DNA from: Octopus sinensis | Taxonomy: Eukaryota | DNA: 37,977 nt | Direction of reading: 5' to 3' | NCBI RefSeq assembly: GCF_006345805.1 | Contig: NW_021829633.1 | Coordinates: forward strand, 1-37,977 | Part shown: positions 12,564 to 25,029 of the stretch, one piece after another | Layout of the letters: every line of letters begins with the position of its first letter | Position numbering within the stretch: the first letter of the stretch is position 1 | Translations under genes and position numbers: made by a program | The notes under the pieces: generated by a model | What the model was told of the DNA's origin: nothing | The model's input: only the letters and a program-made list of their open reading frames with translations | Databases searched by the model: none

Positions 12564-12592
12564 TTCACTTTTGACGGGATGGACTCTTCAAA

Positions 12593-12616
12593 CTGCAAAA
12601 CAAACAGAAAGAAACT
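12593..12616 (-). other. 3' splice acceptor (polypyrimidine tract + CAG) of the giant exon
   Basis: Minus strand reads gtttctttctgtttgttttgcag, followed by 29 nt of 5'UTR before the ATG. Confidence 0.75.
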
Positions 12617-12686
12617 ATATATAAACACATAAATAAATTTTTAAAAAAAGAAGAAGTAAAAACGAGTAAAATAAATTTAACAAATA

Positions 12687-13282
12687 AGCGCAGGCGTGGC
12701 TGTGTGGTAAAAATTTGTTTCCCAACAACATAGCTCCGGGTTCAATCCCACTGCGTGGCACCTTGGGCGAATGACTTCTACTATAGACTCGGGCCGACAA
12801 ATGGTTTGGTAGATGGAAACTGAAAGAAGCCCGTCGTGTGTGCGTTTGTGTTTGTCTCCCACCATCGCTTGACAACTAGTGTTGGCATGTTTCTGTCCCT
12901 GTAACTTAGCGGTTCGGCAAAAGATACCGATAGATTAAGTAGTGGGGGGGGGATTCATTCGACTAAAATATTTCAAGGCAGTGCCCCAGTATGGCCGTAG
13001 TCTAATGACTGAAACAAGTAAAAGGAGCAAAAAAAAAAAAGCGCTGGCAAGAATGCGTGGTAAGAAGTTTGTTTCCCAATCACATGGATACAGTTTCAAT
13101 TCCACTGCGCAACACTTAAGCAAGGGGCTTCTACTATAGCATTTGGGTGACCGAAGTCTTGTGAGTAGATTTGATAGATGGAAACTAAAAGAAGCCCGTC
13201 GTGTGCTCCAGCATAGCCGCAGAAGAGATCAAAGATATATACGTACGTGTGTGTGTGTGTGTGTGTGTGTGCATGTGCGTGT

Positions 13283-13319
<37 letters not shown>

Positions 13320-14010
13320 CTTATGTCTGTACATCACTTCCCTGCCACCGCTTAACCGGTACTAGTTCGTTTACGTCGCCGTTACTGAAGCGGTTCGCCA
13401 AAATGCACCGATAAAATAAACCAGACTTTAAAAACAATAGTACCGGCAGTCGATTTGTTCCACTAAAACCCTTTAAATCGGTGCCCCGGCATGGCTGTAG
13501 TTCAATGACCGAAACAAGTAAAATATAGAAAAGATCTTTTATGTTGGGGTGCTTGACGGGCTTCCTTTAGTTTCCGTCACTCATATCAATAAAATTACGT
13601 CAGTCTCACCGGGGTCGAATCAGTCGACTAAAATTTCTAAAAAGCGGTGCCCCAGCATGGCCGCAGTCTAATGTCTGATACAAGTAAAATATAGAAAAAT
13701 CTTTTTTCTTTTATCCTTTACTTGTTTCTATCATTAATCCGTGGCCATGCTGGGGCAGCGACCTAAAGAATCATAAGTCGAATGAATTGCCCCCAGTACT
13801 TAGTTTTTTAAAAAGCTTTGTGATTATTGCATTAGTTTCATTTGCCGGACCGCTAGATGACGGGGACGTAAACACACCAATACCATTTGTCAAGCGGTGA
13901 TAGGACACACACACACACACAAACAAGTTTCCGTCTATCAAATCCACTCACAAGACTTCGGTCAGCCCAAAACTATAGTAGAAGACACCTGCCAAAGGTG
14001 CCACGCAGAA
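12687..14010. mobile_element. Cluster of SINE family A copies: + 12687-13025, + ~13045-13510, tail + ~13610-13690, - ~13710-14010
   Basis: Repeated head, 'gaaactgaaagaagcccgtcg' and 'ccccagcatggccg...gaaacaagtaaaa' motifs in both orientations. Confidence 0.8.
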
Positions 14011-14524
14011 CCATATATATAGTTTCTCACATTGATACAAGTTCCTAGATTCAGTTGTGTTGGTGGCTGGAGATTACCAATCAGTTAAACGGGTACCCGT
14101 ATTTCTGTTCTGTTTTAATTTATTGATTCGAGAAAACGAGAATCATGGTGTTAATAGACGACTCAATCGATTTCCTAGTACTTAAAATATGGCAGGGTAT
14201 TGGTGCAGTGGTCAGTGCGTCGGATAGAATGCTCTGCAGTATTTGCTTAGGTTATTCATTGCGTCCTGATTTCAAATCCAGCAGTGGTCAGTGGTCAGTA
14301 GTCAGGGGAACAGAACGTGGGTCGATAAAATAAAGTACCAAATAAAACGCATACCTACCTACCTGCATACATACATGCATACATACATAGATACATACAT
14401 ACATACATACATACATACATACATACATACATACATTTATGCATACATGCATATATCCCCATATATACATTTATGTAGATGTAAATATATTTATATGTAT
14501 ACAAGTCAAATATATATAAAACCC

Positions 14525-14750
14525 ACCCCACGTTCGGTTATGAATGACCATGAGATTGCACCCAGAAAGTTACAAGTCTGGGCAATATTGTTTATGGAAG
14601 ACCAGCAGTCACCCATGGATGCCAGCCTCTCCTTTCCACGCCACTAATGTTATTCGAGGGAAAGGCAAAGGCCGATACAGTTGGCACCGGTGATGTCGCA
14701 ACTCATTTATACAGCTGAATCAACTGGAGAAACGTGAAATAATGTGTCTT
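14525..14750 (-). mobile_element. 5'-truncated SINE family D body with another distinct tail
   Basis: Minus strand 'aagacacattatttcacgtttctccagttgattcagctgtataaatgagt' matches the body of 28428-28683 and 27521-27846; the following tail is unique in this window. Confidence 0.6.
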
Positions 14751-14823
14751 CCTCTGACCTCGTGTGTACCGTTGGCGATTTTTTTCCTCTGTCTTCCCTT
14801 CTCTGGATCTTTCCTTCTCCTAT

Positions 14824-14858
14824 GTTTCCGACGAAGAGCTCCGCTCGAAAAGTTAAAC
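14824..14858 (+). ncRNA. Degenerate minimal hammerhead-ribozyme-like motif in a Penelope-type terminal repeat (~14755-14912)
   Basis: GTTT-CCGACGA-A-GAGC(TCC)GCTC-GAAA-AG-T-T-AAAC: stem I GTTT/AAAC, stem II GAGC/GCTC, core with U4C, and position 15.2 mutated. Confidence 0.5.
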
Positions 14859-14917
14859 CATCCTTTCCCTTCTTCCTGAGCGTCCAATAATACTATATTT
14901 GTTCCACGTCCTTATAT

Positions 14918-14949
<32 letters not shown>

Positions 14950-14950
14950 G

Positions 14951-14982
<32 letters not shown>

Positions 14983-15051
14983 GTATCTATATATATATAT
15001 AGATAATTATATATATATATATATATAGATATATATATATATATATATATA

Positions 15052-15083
<32 letters not shown>

Positions 15084-15371
15084 ATATAATATATATATAT
15101 ATTATATATATATATGGTAGGGCAGCGACTCGGAATATTATATATTTATATAAAGTTATATAATAGCTATATATATATAAATGCTATGGTACCGTCCAGC
15201 TACACGCAGGGAACCGGCCCATGACACTACTTGAAAAGCGACGCGTTTATCCATATAATATATATATAATAATAATATATATATAATATAGTACACGCGC
15301 GCGACACACGACGCATCCACACACACAAACACACACACACACACGTGTATTTATATAAGTATGCATATATG

Positions 15372-15682
15372 TCGCTGTGTGGTAGAAAGCTTGATTCGCA
15401 ACCACATGGTTCCATGAGTAGATTTGACTGACGGTTACTGAGAGAAGCTCGTCGTACAGGTATCCACGTGTGTATTTTTTTGTATGTGTGTTTGTTCCCT
15501 CACTACCGCTTTGATAACCGGTGTTGATCTGTTTTCGTTCCCATAACTTACGGGCTGGGAAGAATGACCGACGGCAAGAATGACCAAATTTTAAAACTCT
15601 TCCGGGGTTCGATTCATTGCTAAAATTTCTTGGAGACGGTGTCCAAGCTTGGCTGCAGTCTAATGACTGAAACAAGTAAAAG
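15372..15682 (+). mobile_element. SINE family A, diverged and internally deleted
   Basis: Head gtcgctgtgtggtagaaagcttg...caaccacatggttcc and tail gactgaaacaagtaaaa. Confidence 0.7.
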
Positions 15683-15875
15683 TCATATAATATATATGTA
15701 TATTCTATATATGCACTAGTGCATATATAAAATGCATATGCATATATATGTCCGTACACATCTATATGAATATAATGCATATGTAATTATATATAAATGT
15801 ATATAATGCATGTATATCTATATACACACCCATCTATTTCTATATATATGTATACATATATATATATAACATATG

Positions 15876-15952
<77 letters not shown>

Positions 15953-16579
15953 AATTAATAAATAATTATAAAACATATGCATATATACATACATATATGT
16001 ACGTACCTACCTCTACATGTATATATACATGCATATATGGGTACAGGACACCAAAAGAAACGTCGAACACAATGAGAAACGAAAACATAAACACAAAACC
16101 AAGGAAATGGACATTTTTCTTAAACAACGAAAAAATAGAGTACAGGACATACAAAACAAGGAAAATTCCCCTTCTTAAGTCGCCTTTGTTTCATCTACTC
16201 CACGTTTCGAAGGTCAAGGCGATACATGACTTTAATGAAACAATCCTTCCCGCGAAAATCAAATTAAATAAAATTTGAGATTTTTTCTGCGGAGGGGTAA
16301 AAATGGTAACAAAAACAGGACAGTAACGACAGTACAAAATATAAACAGTAAAAGACAGGACAAGGAGAATAATAGTAACACAAGCAAGAAGGGCTGTTAA
16401 GCCGAACGAGATATATATATATATAGACATATGTATGTATTTATTTATTTATGCAATTTTATTTATTTATATATATATATATATTATATATATATATATT
16501 ATAATGTATACATGTGTGTATATGTATATAATAACTAATGGATGTATATATATGCGTATATGCATGTATGTATATAAAC

Positions 16580-16619
<40 letters not shown>

Positions 16620-17013
16620 TATATATATATAGATAGATACATACATACATACATAATACATAGATATAGATAGAATAAACCTGATGTATATACATACATA
16701 CGTAGACACGCAAACACTCACACATGAATATATATGTATATAAATGTGTGTATATATTGAATATATATGTGCATATATATTTCAACGTTTTGCTTAGGCA
16801 TAGCAATGCTAATAACCTGTTGCTACATCTCTACGTAGATATACTTCAGGATAAAGCGTTAGTTGATTAGAGAGCTTAATACGAAATTAAATAAATGACA
16901 AACGAAAAGAAAATCACGTAATAGACTTCATTAGCTGTAATTTAACATAGCTGTGTATAACTATATAATTATACATCTATATATCTTTAAATATTATATA
17001 TATATATATATAT

Positions 17014-17234
17014 ATTTCTTTACTACCCACAAGGGGCTAAACACAGAGGGGACAAACAAGGACAGACAAAGGGATTAAGTCGATTACATCGACCCCAGTG
17101 CGTAACTGGTACTTAATTTATCGACCCCGAAAGGATGAAAGGCAAAGTCGACCTCGGCGGAATTTGAACTCGGAACGCAACGACAGACGAAATACGGCTA
17201 CGAATTTCGCCCGGCGTGCTAACGTTTCTGCCAG
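17014..17234 (-). mobile_element. SINE family B, near full-length
   Basis: Minus strand: ctggcagaaacgttagcacgccgggcgaaat...gagttcaaattccgccgaggtcgactttgcctttcatcctttcggggtcgataaattaagtaccag...gggtagtaaagaaa. Confidence 0.85.
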
Positions 17235-17244
17235 GTCACTTATG

Positions 17245-17775
17245 TCAGGTCACTTTCGAGTGCTACTGGTAACATGTAACTCAGTACAACCTGTTGCATG
17301 GTCGGGTCGTCGGCGACTAAACCGGCAACCCCATCAAGCTTGCTTGGTGAGGAGGGTGTTTACTGGACACCCTGCGGGATGAAAAAGAAAACCCGTCAAA
17401 GGGCGGAGGAACTCTTCAGAGTCAACGGCCATCCAATAAATGTCTTAAGGCTGTATCATGCGCGGGAACATAGAAATAATCGGACTGAATACCCGATCGC
17501 GTGGTTAAACCATTGGGAGTGAAGGACTCCTAGCCTTTGTTAGGGTATCCTTCTAGGAGAAGGTAACTCAGGTAACAGGTATAACTCCGACATAAAGTCT
17601 GCGGCTCAGTGGTTACCGATGATGTTGACTTGTTCTTCTTTTCGGACTATGGCTGCTGTTGCTTAGTGAGTAGGATTGACTCAGTGCACAGCCTTTCCTC
17701 ACTTAAAAAAATCTTCTTACACAGGCATTGCACGATAACAACATTGATTAAGCTTTGCGCAGGGACAGCTACCAT
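17245..17775 (+). mobile_element. Probable RTE-type 5'UTR-derived non-autonomous element
   Basis: Complex, moderately GC-rich block containing 'agggtatccttctaggagaaggtaactc' and 'gcacagcctttcctcacttaaa', which resemble RTE 5' regions as I recall them. No intact ORF. Confidence 0.35.
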
Positions 17776-17839
17776 ATATATATATATACAGCCACCATAT
17801 ATATACATACATACATGCATACATACATATATACATACA

Positions 17840-17873
<34 letters not shown>

Positions 17874-18362
17874 CATACATACATACATACACGCATATAT
17901 ACATACATACAAGCATGCATAGATACATATGAGTAGTATTAGGGATGTTCTCTTATGTACTCTATTATTTGTCTGTGTCATTGGATGGGAGCCACGCTGG
18001 AGCACCTCCCTCTAAGTATGGTTATTCGAACAAATCTACCCTACTATCTTTGTTTTGTCTGGTATTTAGTCTGTCGTTAAGTACGGTGACGTAAAGCAAC
18101 CAACATCGATTAATAAAAGGATGTAGAAGAAACAAACACAGAAATCCACCTACTCATGATAGATATAAGCATATATATGTATACAGATGTGTGTGTGGTA
18201 TATATAAGGAATATGAGGGTTTTTTTTATATCACCGGTGATCTAAACGGAAAGGTACGCTGTGTAAGTGCTATAACTGGTCATCCGTTGTGTTCCAAGTT
18301 CACAGCTGAGGCTGGAGCCAGGTATCCGTAGTAGGTTTCCGAGTTAGCAGGTGTATATTAGA

Positions 18363-18631
18363 GGGAAAAGGACAACAAAACCAAGGCAGGACGAGTATCT
18401 CAAATCATTTAGAATATTTATTGGATGTCTTACATCTGTTTTTGAAATATCTCAAGCGACAGGCTAGCATCTCTATACGCTGGCTATTTCGCCACTCATC
18501 CTGTCTCGGATGACAGAATACCCAGTGTATGGAGATGCTAGTCTGTCGCTTGGGATATCCCCAAAACAGATGTAAAACATCCAATAAATATTCTAAATGA
18601 CTTGAGATACTCGCTTTGTTGTCCTTTTTCC
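18363..18631. repeat. Long imperfect inverted repeat (foldback), arms ~115-125 bp
   Basis: The left arm 18363-18488 (cgagtatctcaaatcatttagaatatttattggatgtcttacatctgttttt...) is the reverse complement of 18517-18631. There is also an inner hairpin tcatcc-tgtctc-ggatga. Confidence 0.9.
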
Positions 18632-18634
18632 TAG

Positions 18635-18666
<32 letters not shown>

Positions 18667-18670
18667 GTAA

Positions 18671-18706
<36 letters not shown>

Positions 18707-19399
18707 TCACACACACATACATACATGCATACATGTGTGTATGTGTATGTGTGTGTAGCTATGTATGTGTTTGCCCTCTACCACCGCTTGTCAACCGGTG
18801 CTGGTGTGTATATGTCCCCGTGTCTTAGCGGTGTATGAAAAATCTTGAGCCTCAAAAAAGAAAAACAAAACATGGTACAAGACTTCTGATGAAGGTACAA
18901 GACTTCAAGGCTCAAAGGCCTTGAAGGCTCAAAACCTTTCATACACCTCTCGTACATATATACTTACAATACATACATACATACATACATACATACATAC
19001 ATACATACATACATACATACATACATACATACATACATACATACATACGCAAGTGCATACATATAACTAGCTTTTAGTAAAAGACACTTGTCCTAGGAGC
19101 CGCGTAATGAGACTGAACTTGAAGCAATGTGTATGCTGAGTTAACATCTTAACCGCCATGCCATGCTTGCGCCAAGATGACTGTATTTTCGTTCAGTCCC
19201 TGCGTTATAATTTAAGAATTAACTTCAGCAATTCATATTTTCATGCTCAGACAGTAATAAATGCGTAAATATAAGTATTCATAGGATACTGTGCGCAGGA
19301 AGCGAGCCTTAGGTCAGAACAAGTCATAATCCGAGGGAGACATTTTCCCGCTTTTCTAACGTGCTTAAGTAGCGGCTAAGTGAGGACTAGCTTCCACTG

Positions 19400-19545
19400 C
19401 GCTTCATCAACCAAGAGAAGGTGGAATCTTCAGTGAAAGACTTCTTCATCTCGAAGGACAAAAATTGGTATTAGTGTGGGATCAAAGAAATGGTGGAAGG
19501 GCATCTTCAGGCAGTGCAACAAGACGGCCTCAAATTTGAATCCTC
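19400..19545 (+). mobile_element. Mariner transposase C-terminal remnant
   Basis: Translates RFINQEKVESSVKDFFISKDKNWY*CGIKEMVEGHLQAVQQDGLKFE, matching the mariner C-terminal pattern F...EEV...FF.SK...Y..GI..L..RW..V...G.YFE. Confidence 0.7.
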
Positions 19546-19751
19546 TGCTGTATGATTGCTTGTATGTATGTATGTATGTATGTATGTATGTATGTATATG
19601 TGTGTGTGTGTGTTTCATCTCTTCCCTTAACTTTTACCTGTTTTTGGCCATTAGAATGTGGCCATACTGGGGCACTGCCTTAATCTATTTAGTTGAACGA
19701 ATCGACACGTATTTTTAAAGCCTGCCTCTTTTACCGCACCGCTTGTTTATA

Positions 19752-20177
19752 TACTCTTTACTCTTACTCTTTTACTCTTTTACTTGTTTCAGTCATTTTA
19801 CTGCGGCCATGCTGGAGCACCGCCTTTAGTCGAGCAAATCGACCCCGGGACTTATTCTTTGTAAGCCCAGTACTTATTCTATCGGTCTCTTTTTGCCGAA
19901 CCGCTAAGTGACGGGGACGTAAACACACCAGCAATGCTAGGGGAACAAACACAGACACACAAACACACACACATACACATATATATATATATTATATATA
20001 TATATATACATATATACGACAGGCTTCTTTCAGTTTCCGTCTACCAAATCCACTCACAAGGCATTGGTCGGCCCGGCTATAGCAGAAGACACTTGCCCAA
20101 GATGCCACGCAGTGGGACTGAACCGGAACCATGTGGTTGGTTAGCAAGCTACTTACCACACAGCCACTCCTGCGCCT
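19752..20177 (-). mobile_element. SINE family A, full-length
   Basis: Near-exact reverse complement of 26946-27358, including the head aggcgcaggagtggctgtgtggtaag and the (GTAAAAGA)n tail. Confidence 0.9.
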
Positions 20178-20294
20178 ATATAGGGAGAAAAAACAAAAAC
20201 AAACAAAAAACAAACAATAAACAAAGCAAAAGACGAAGACAGGTGGTGTAGACAACAAACATGTTTTAGTATAACGATCGGGAAGTGAAGAGGT

Positions 20295-20330
20295 ATTTAA
20301 CGTTTCGAGCCTACGCTCTTCCACAGAAAG
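20295..20330 (-). ncRNA. Minimal hammerhead-like motif (CUGUGGA core variant) in a Penelope-type terminal repeat (~20180-20385)
   Basis: Minus strand: CTTT-CTGTGGA-A-GAGC(GTAG)GCTC-GAAA-CG-T-T-AAAT, with a palindromic ACGT stem III. A second copy lies at 28124-28159. Confidence 0.5.
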
Positions 20331-20989
20331 GAACTCAGTAAGAAACAAGGAGAGAAAATAAAGAATGTGTAGTGGCTAGCGATATGCACGTAGATGAAGT
20401 TTGCCTCAACTCTACAGGCTTCTAATGCCAGAACTTATCCAGGTTTTCCGAGTCGTCTAGGCGAGTGAGAGTAAAAGACTGCCGTCAGGATGGCACGCCA
20501 GTCCATCGCAGAGTTAACTCCCCAGTTATTGTTTGGTATTCAGTTGAACGGAGCGAATGGACGTGAAATGCTTAGTTTCGAAGTGTCAGTCTGGCTGAAA
20601 ACCGATCTCGTGACCTAACGATCGTGAGCCTGGCATCAAAACCATTTCACTACCTGTACATACATGCATATACCTATAAATGCAGTCATACACACATATA
20701 TATCACGCCTCTTCCCCTCTCAAATCTCTCTCTCTCTCTTTATATATAGGGGAAGGGAAAGAAAGAAAAGAGAGAGAGAGAGTTATTTAGAAAGATACAT
20801 AGAGATAAGTAGACGAAAATATAGACAGTGATAGACAAAGAGATATACACGTGTGTGTGTGTGTGGTGTGTGTAGGTATGTATGCATATGTATATATATA
20901 TGTGTGTGTATTTAAGTATGTATATATATATGCATATACATATGTAATAATAATATATATATATATAATATAGTATGTCTATAACATTT

Positions 20990-21041
<52 letters not shown>

Positions 21042-21079
21042 GTGGTGTGTGTGTGTGTGTGTGGGTGTGTGTATATATA

Positions 21080-21119
<40 letters not shown>

Positions 21120-21530
21120 ACGCACAGAATGAAAGATAGATAGAGAAATAGATAGTATAGATAGATAGATTGAAAAAGATAAACTGAGAGAGATTTAGCT
21201 ACCATTTCTAGATGTTGGATTGCTTCGATACGCTAGGCTTTACATACACACACACATGCACACACACACATACACGCACACATATATACACATTGTCAGA
21301 CACACACACATACACACACACAAGCACACGCATACAAACACACACATACACACACACACACGTGGACGCCTACGCGCGGGCATGTTCAAACGTACACAGT
21401 CGTCCATTTATATGTTCGTCGATCCGGAGTATACAGACTTATGCATGATTTGCATACATGTGCACATGCAAAAATGGAAACGCACATGCTATATATCGCA
21501 AATATATACATACGTTATATCTGTCCATGT

Positions 21531-21922
21531 GATGGATGGAAGCACTCCGTCGGTTACGACGACGAGGGTTCCGGTTGATACGAATCAACAGAACAGCCTG
21601 CTCGTGAAATTAACGTGTAAGTGGCTGAGCACTCCACAGACACGTGTACCCTTAACGTAGTTCTCGGGGATATTCAGCGTGACACAGAGAGTGACAAGGC
21701 CAGCCCTTTGGAATACAGGTACACAGAAACAGGAAATAAGAGTGAGAGAAAGTTGTGGTGAAAGTGAAAGAGACAGCAGGGATCACCACCATCCCCTGCC
21801 GGAGCCCGTAGAGCTTTAGGTGTTTTCGCTCAATAAACACTCACAACGCCGGTCTGGGAATCGAAACCGCGATCCATGACCGCGAGTCCGCTGCCCTAAC
21901 CACTGGGCCATTGCGCCTCCAC
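21531..21922 (-). mobile_element. SINE family C, full-length, with 12-bp target-site duplication
   Basis: tRNA-like head GGAGGCGCAATGGCCCAGTGGTTAGGGCAGCGG...GGTTTCGATTCCC, tail ending (TCCA)n, and direct repeat atctgtccatgt at 21519-21530 and 21923-21934. Confidence 0.9.
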
Positions 21923-21951
21923 ATCTGTCCATGTAGATACGTACGCAATGC

Positions 21952-21991
<40 letters not shown>

Positions 21992-22589
21992 CATATCGTT
22001 GCTAATATGTTAAACTATTGTATGTCCAAATGTGGCGAAATGCATTTGTTTATTTTTAATATTTAATTTTGCTTGCAATAGCCGGTTCTTTTGGTCAAAC
22101 TATCGTATCTCCAGCTGCTTTAGCATTTTTCAAAAGTGTAGTAAGTCCCACATACAACAGTTTTGCAAAAATATTTCTCAATGAAAATATCATAACATGT
22201 ATGGAGTTACGATTTTATGCACCCACCAAAATATTGTTTGTTGTTAAGCTGAAACTGTTGCTAATGTAAAAAGGAAATGGAATGGTGCAACTATTTTTTC
22301 GTTTTCCGAAAAAGCAACGTTTTGGACTTACGACACTTTTGCATAATAGCAACACTATGTACATGTGCATGTATATGTATAAATATATACATATTTATAT
22401 TCACGTATGTAATGTATACATCATTCTTACCGACGCACATACATTTATATGCATGTATATATATATATATATCTTTATGTATATCGTTATGATATATATA
22501 AATCCTTAAATCCTTAAAAATGTTTCAGCTCGAAAGCTGCGGCCATGCTGGTGCACCACCGTTGAATGAGCTACACTAGAATGCGAAAC

Positions 22590-22875
22590 CACCTCTGATA
22601 CGTGGCACTTAGTCAACAAGGGAGTTCGACGCTGCTGCCCGCATCTGTGTTTCCTGCCGAGAGGTAGGTTCATCTGGAACCCCTGACAAGAAGAGATCCA
22701 GTTTAGTTTTAAAGAAACCCATATATACACCATGCAGGTCTCAGGCATTTAGGAAGGATATTGAAGAGCTGTGGTCCCCTGAAACCCAAGCTGTTGCAGT
22801 ATCTGGTCCTGTGTTATGATGGTGATGTTGGGATCTTTGGCACCATGCAGTAGCGCCCCGTTCTGCTGTTGGGGC
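22590..22875 (-). mobile_element. CR1-group LINE ORF2 3' end fragment
   Basis: Manual translation RTGRYCMVPKI...NSLGFRGPQLFNILPKCLR/(frameshift)...FFKTKLDLFLSGVPDEPT...RAAASNSLVD* shows the FNxLP...FKxxLD..L..PDEP C-terminus typical of CR1/L2-group LINEs. Confidence 0.75.
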
Positions 22876-23097
22876 ATTGTATATGTATATTATGTATATC
22901 TTTATGATATACATAATATTATGTATAACATTATGATGTATATGTATATCTTTATGTATATATAATTATGATGTATATATATATATATATATATCTTTAT
23001 GTATATCTTTATGAATTTGTAATATGTATGCGTCCATGTGTTTATATTCTTGACTATATACTCTCTCTCTCTCTCTCTCTCTTTCTATCTATCTATC

Positions 23098-23153
<56 letters not shown>

Positions 23154-23599
23154 ATCTATCTATCTATCTTCGTGCCTCTTTCTCTTTTTCCCACTACTCT
23201 TCATTCCCCTTCTCTCTATCTCTTTATATCTCTCTATTCATTATTTTTCATATCTGAACTGACAGTTTTTTAATTTTTTATCTTTTTTTTTTTTTGCTGA
23301 AATATATCCATACCTAACTTATGAAATGCCACTTCTCCAAATGTTATAGTATTATGATAAATAACAACAACAACAATAACAATAGTTGTTATAACAACAT
23401 CAACAACAACACTAACAATAACAACAAGAATACTAATAATGCTAATATTAATATTAATATTAATCTGTTGTTCTCATTTCTATAATGTCAACACAACAAG
23501 ATTACAATTTACATGAATTAATAACTGCATTATCAGCATAAATATCCCTTTTTTATTGTTGTTATTCTCACTGCTGTTATTTTTGGTGTTTTCGTTGTT

Positions 23600-23650
23600 A
23601 TTTATTATTATTACTATTATTATCTATTATTATCTATTATTATTATTATA

Positions 23651-23703
<53 letters not shown>

Positions 23704-23758
23704 CATCATCATTGTCATCATCGTTATTATTATTATTATCATCATTATTATTATTATT

Positions 23759-23791
<33 letters not shown>

Positions 23792-23816
23792 ATTATTATT
23801 ATTATCATTATTATTA

Positions 23817-23857
<41 letters not shown>

Positions 23858-23862
23858 GTTAT
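23600..23862. repeat. Compound (TTA)n/(TCA)n/(TTG)n microsatellite
   Basis: Directly visible. Confidence 0.95.
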
Positions 23863-23863
23863 C

Positions 23864-24706
23864 AAGGAGGCGAGCTAGCAGAGTTCTTAGCAGGCTGGGC
23901 GAAATAATGCGTAGCCGTATTTCGTCTGCCGCTACGTTCCGAGTTCAAATTCCTCCGAGGTCGACTTTGCCTTTCATCCTTTCGGGGGTCGATAAATTAA
24001 GTAGCAGTTACGCACTGGGGTCGATATAATCGACTCTATCCGTCTGTCTGTCTTTGTTTGTCCTCTCTGGTGTTTAGTAAAGAAATAGGTATTTCACCCG
24101 TCGCTATGTTCTGAATTCAAATTCCGCCGCGGTCCCCTTTACCTTTCGTCCTTGATAATAATAATAATAATGATAATAATGATAATTCTTTCAGCTATAG
24201 ACACATGACCTGAAATTTTGGGGGAAGGGATTACATCAACCCCAGTGTTTCACTGGAACTTAATTTATCGATCCCGAAAGGATACATACATACACACACA
24301 CACACACAGACGTGTGTATATCTCTTTCGCCGGGTGAAATGCTTCAAATTCTGCCAAGATCGACTTTGCTTCTCATCCTTTTGGGGTCGATAAAATAAGT
24401 GCCAGAAGAGCTCAGGGGCTGGTGTAATTGACTCATCCCCTTCCTGAAAACTGTTACCTTTCTGGTAAGAATTGAAACCATTATTTTATTATCAAGCGGC
24501 GAGCTGGCAGTATCGTTAGCTCGCTGGGAAAAATGCTTAGCACCATTTCATCCTTCCTTACGTTCTGAGTTCAAATTCTACCGAGATTAACTTTGCATTT
24601 TATCCTTTCGGGATCGATAAATTAAGGACCAGTTGCGTACTGGGGTCGATCTAATCGACTGGTCCCCTCCCCCAAAATTTCAGGCCTCTTGTCCACAGTA
24701 GAAAGG

Positions 24707-24746
<40 letters not shown>

Positions 24747-24762
24747 TATTATTATTATTACT

Positions 24763-24800
<38 letters not shown>

Positions 24801-25018
24801 TTACTAATGCAACCAGGAATCTTTAACGCGATGAACAAAATGCTTAACGGTGTTTCGTCCCGTCTTTTCGTCTAGAGTTGAAATTCTACCCAAGGTCGAC
24901 TTTGTTTTTCATCATTTCGAGATCAATAAAATAAGGTACCAGTCGAACATAGGCGTCAACATAATCGTCTTATCTCATCTCTCGAAACTGCTGCCCTTGT
25001 GCCAAAATTTGGAACCAT
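23864..25018. mobile_element. Cluster of SINE family B copies (+23864-24155, -24185-24285, +24325-24480, +24494-24710, +24835-25018) interleaved with (TTA)n tracts
   Basis: Repeated 'gagttcaaattc..ccgaggtcgactttgcctttcatcctttcggggtcgataaa..aagtaccag' core; the head ggcggcgagctggcag is clear at 24496. Confidence 0.8.
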
Positions 25019-25029
25019 CCTTATTATTA

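Noticed and set aside
16040-16410. Minus-strand gaagg...ccttc-GAAACGT as a hammerhead
   Set aside because: No CUGANGA-like core is present. It may be an unclassified repeat terminus but is not supportable as a ribozyme.
18885-18936. CTGATGA followed by repeated segments as a hammerhead
   Set aside because: No correctly placed GAAA or stems I/III; it is explained by short local duplications (ggtacaagacttc and aaggctcaaa, each twice).
21845-21920. tRNA-like heads here and at 26946, 28428 and 33161 as true tRNA genes
   Set aside because: They continue into SINE bodies and tails, lack complete acceptor stems, and one has a TSD.
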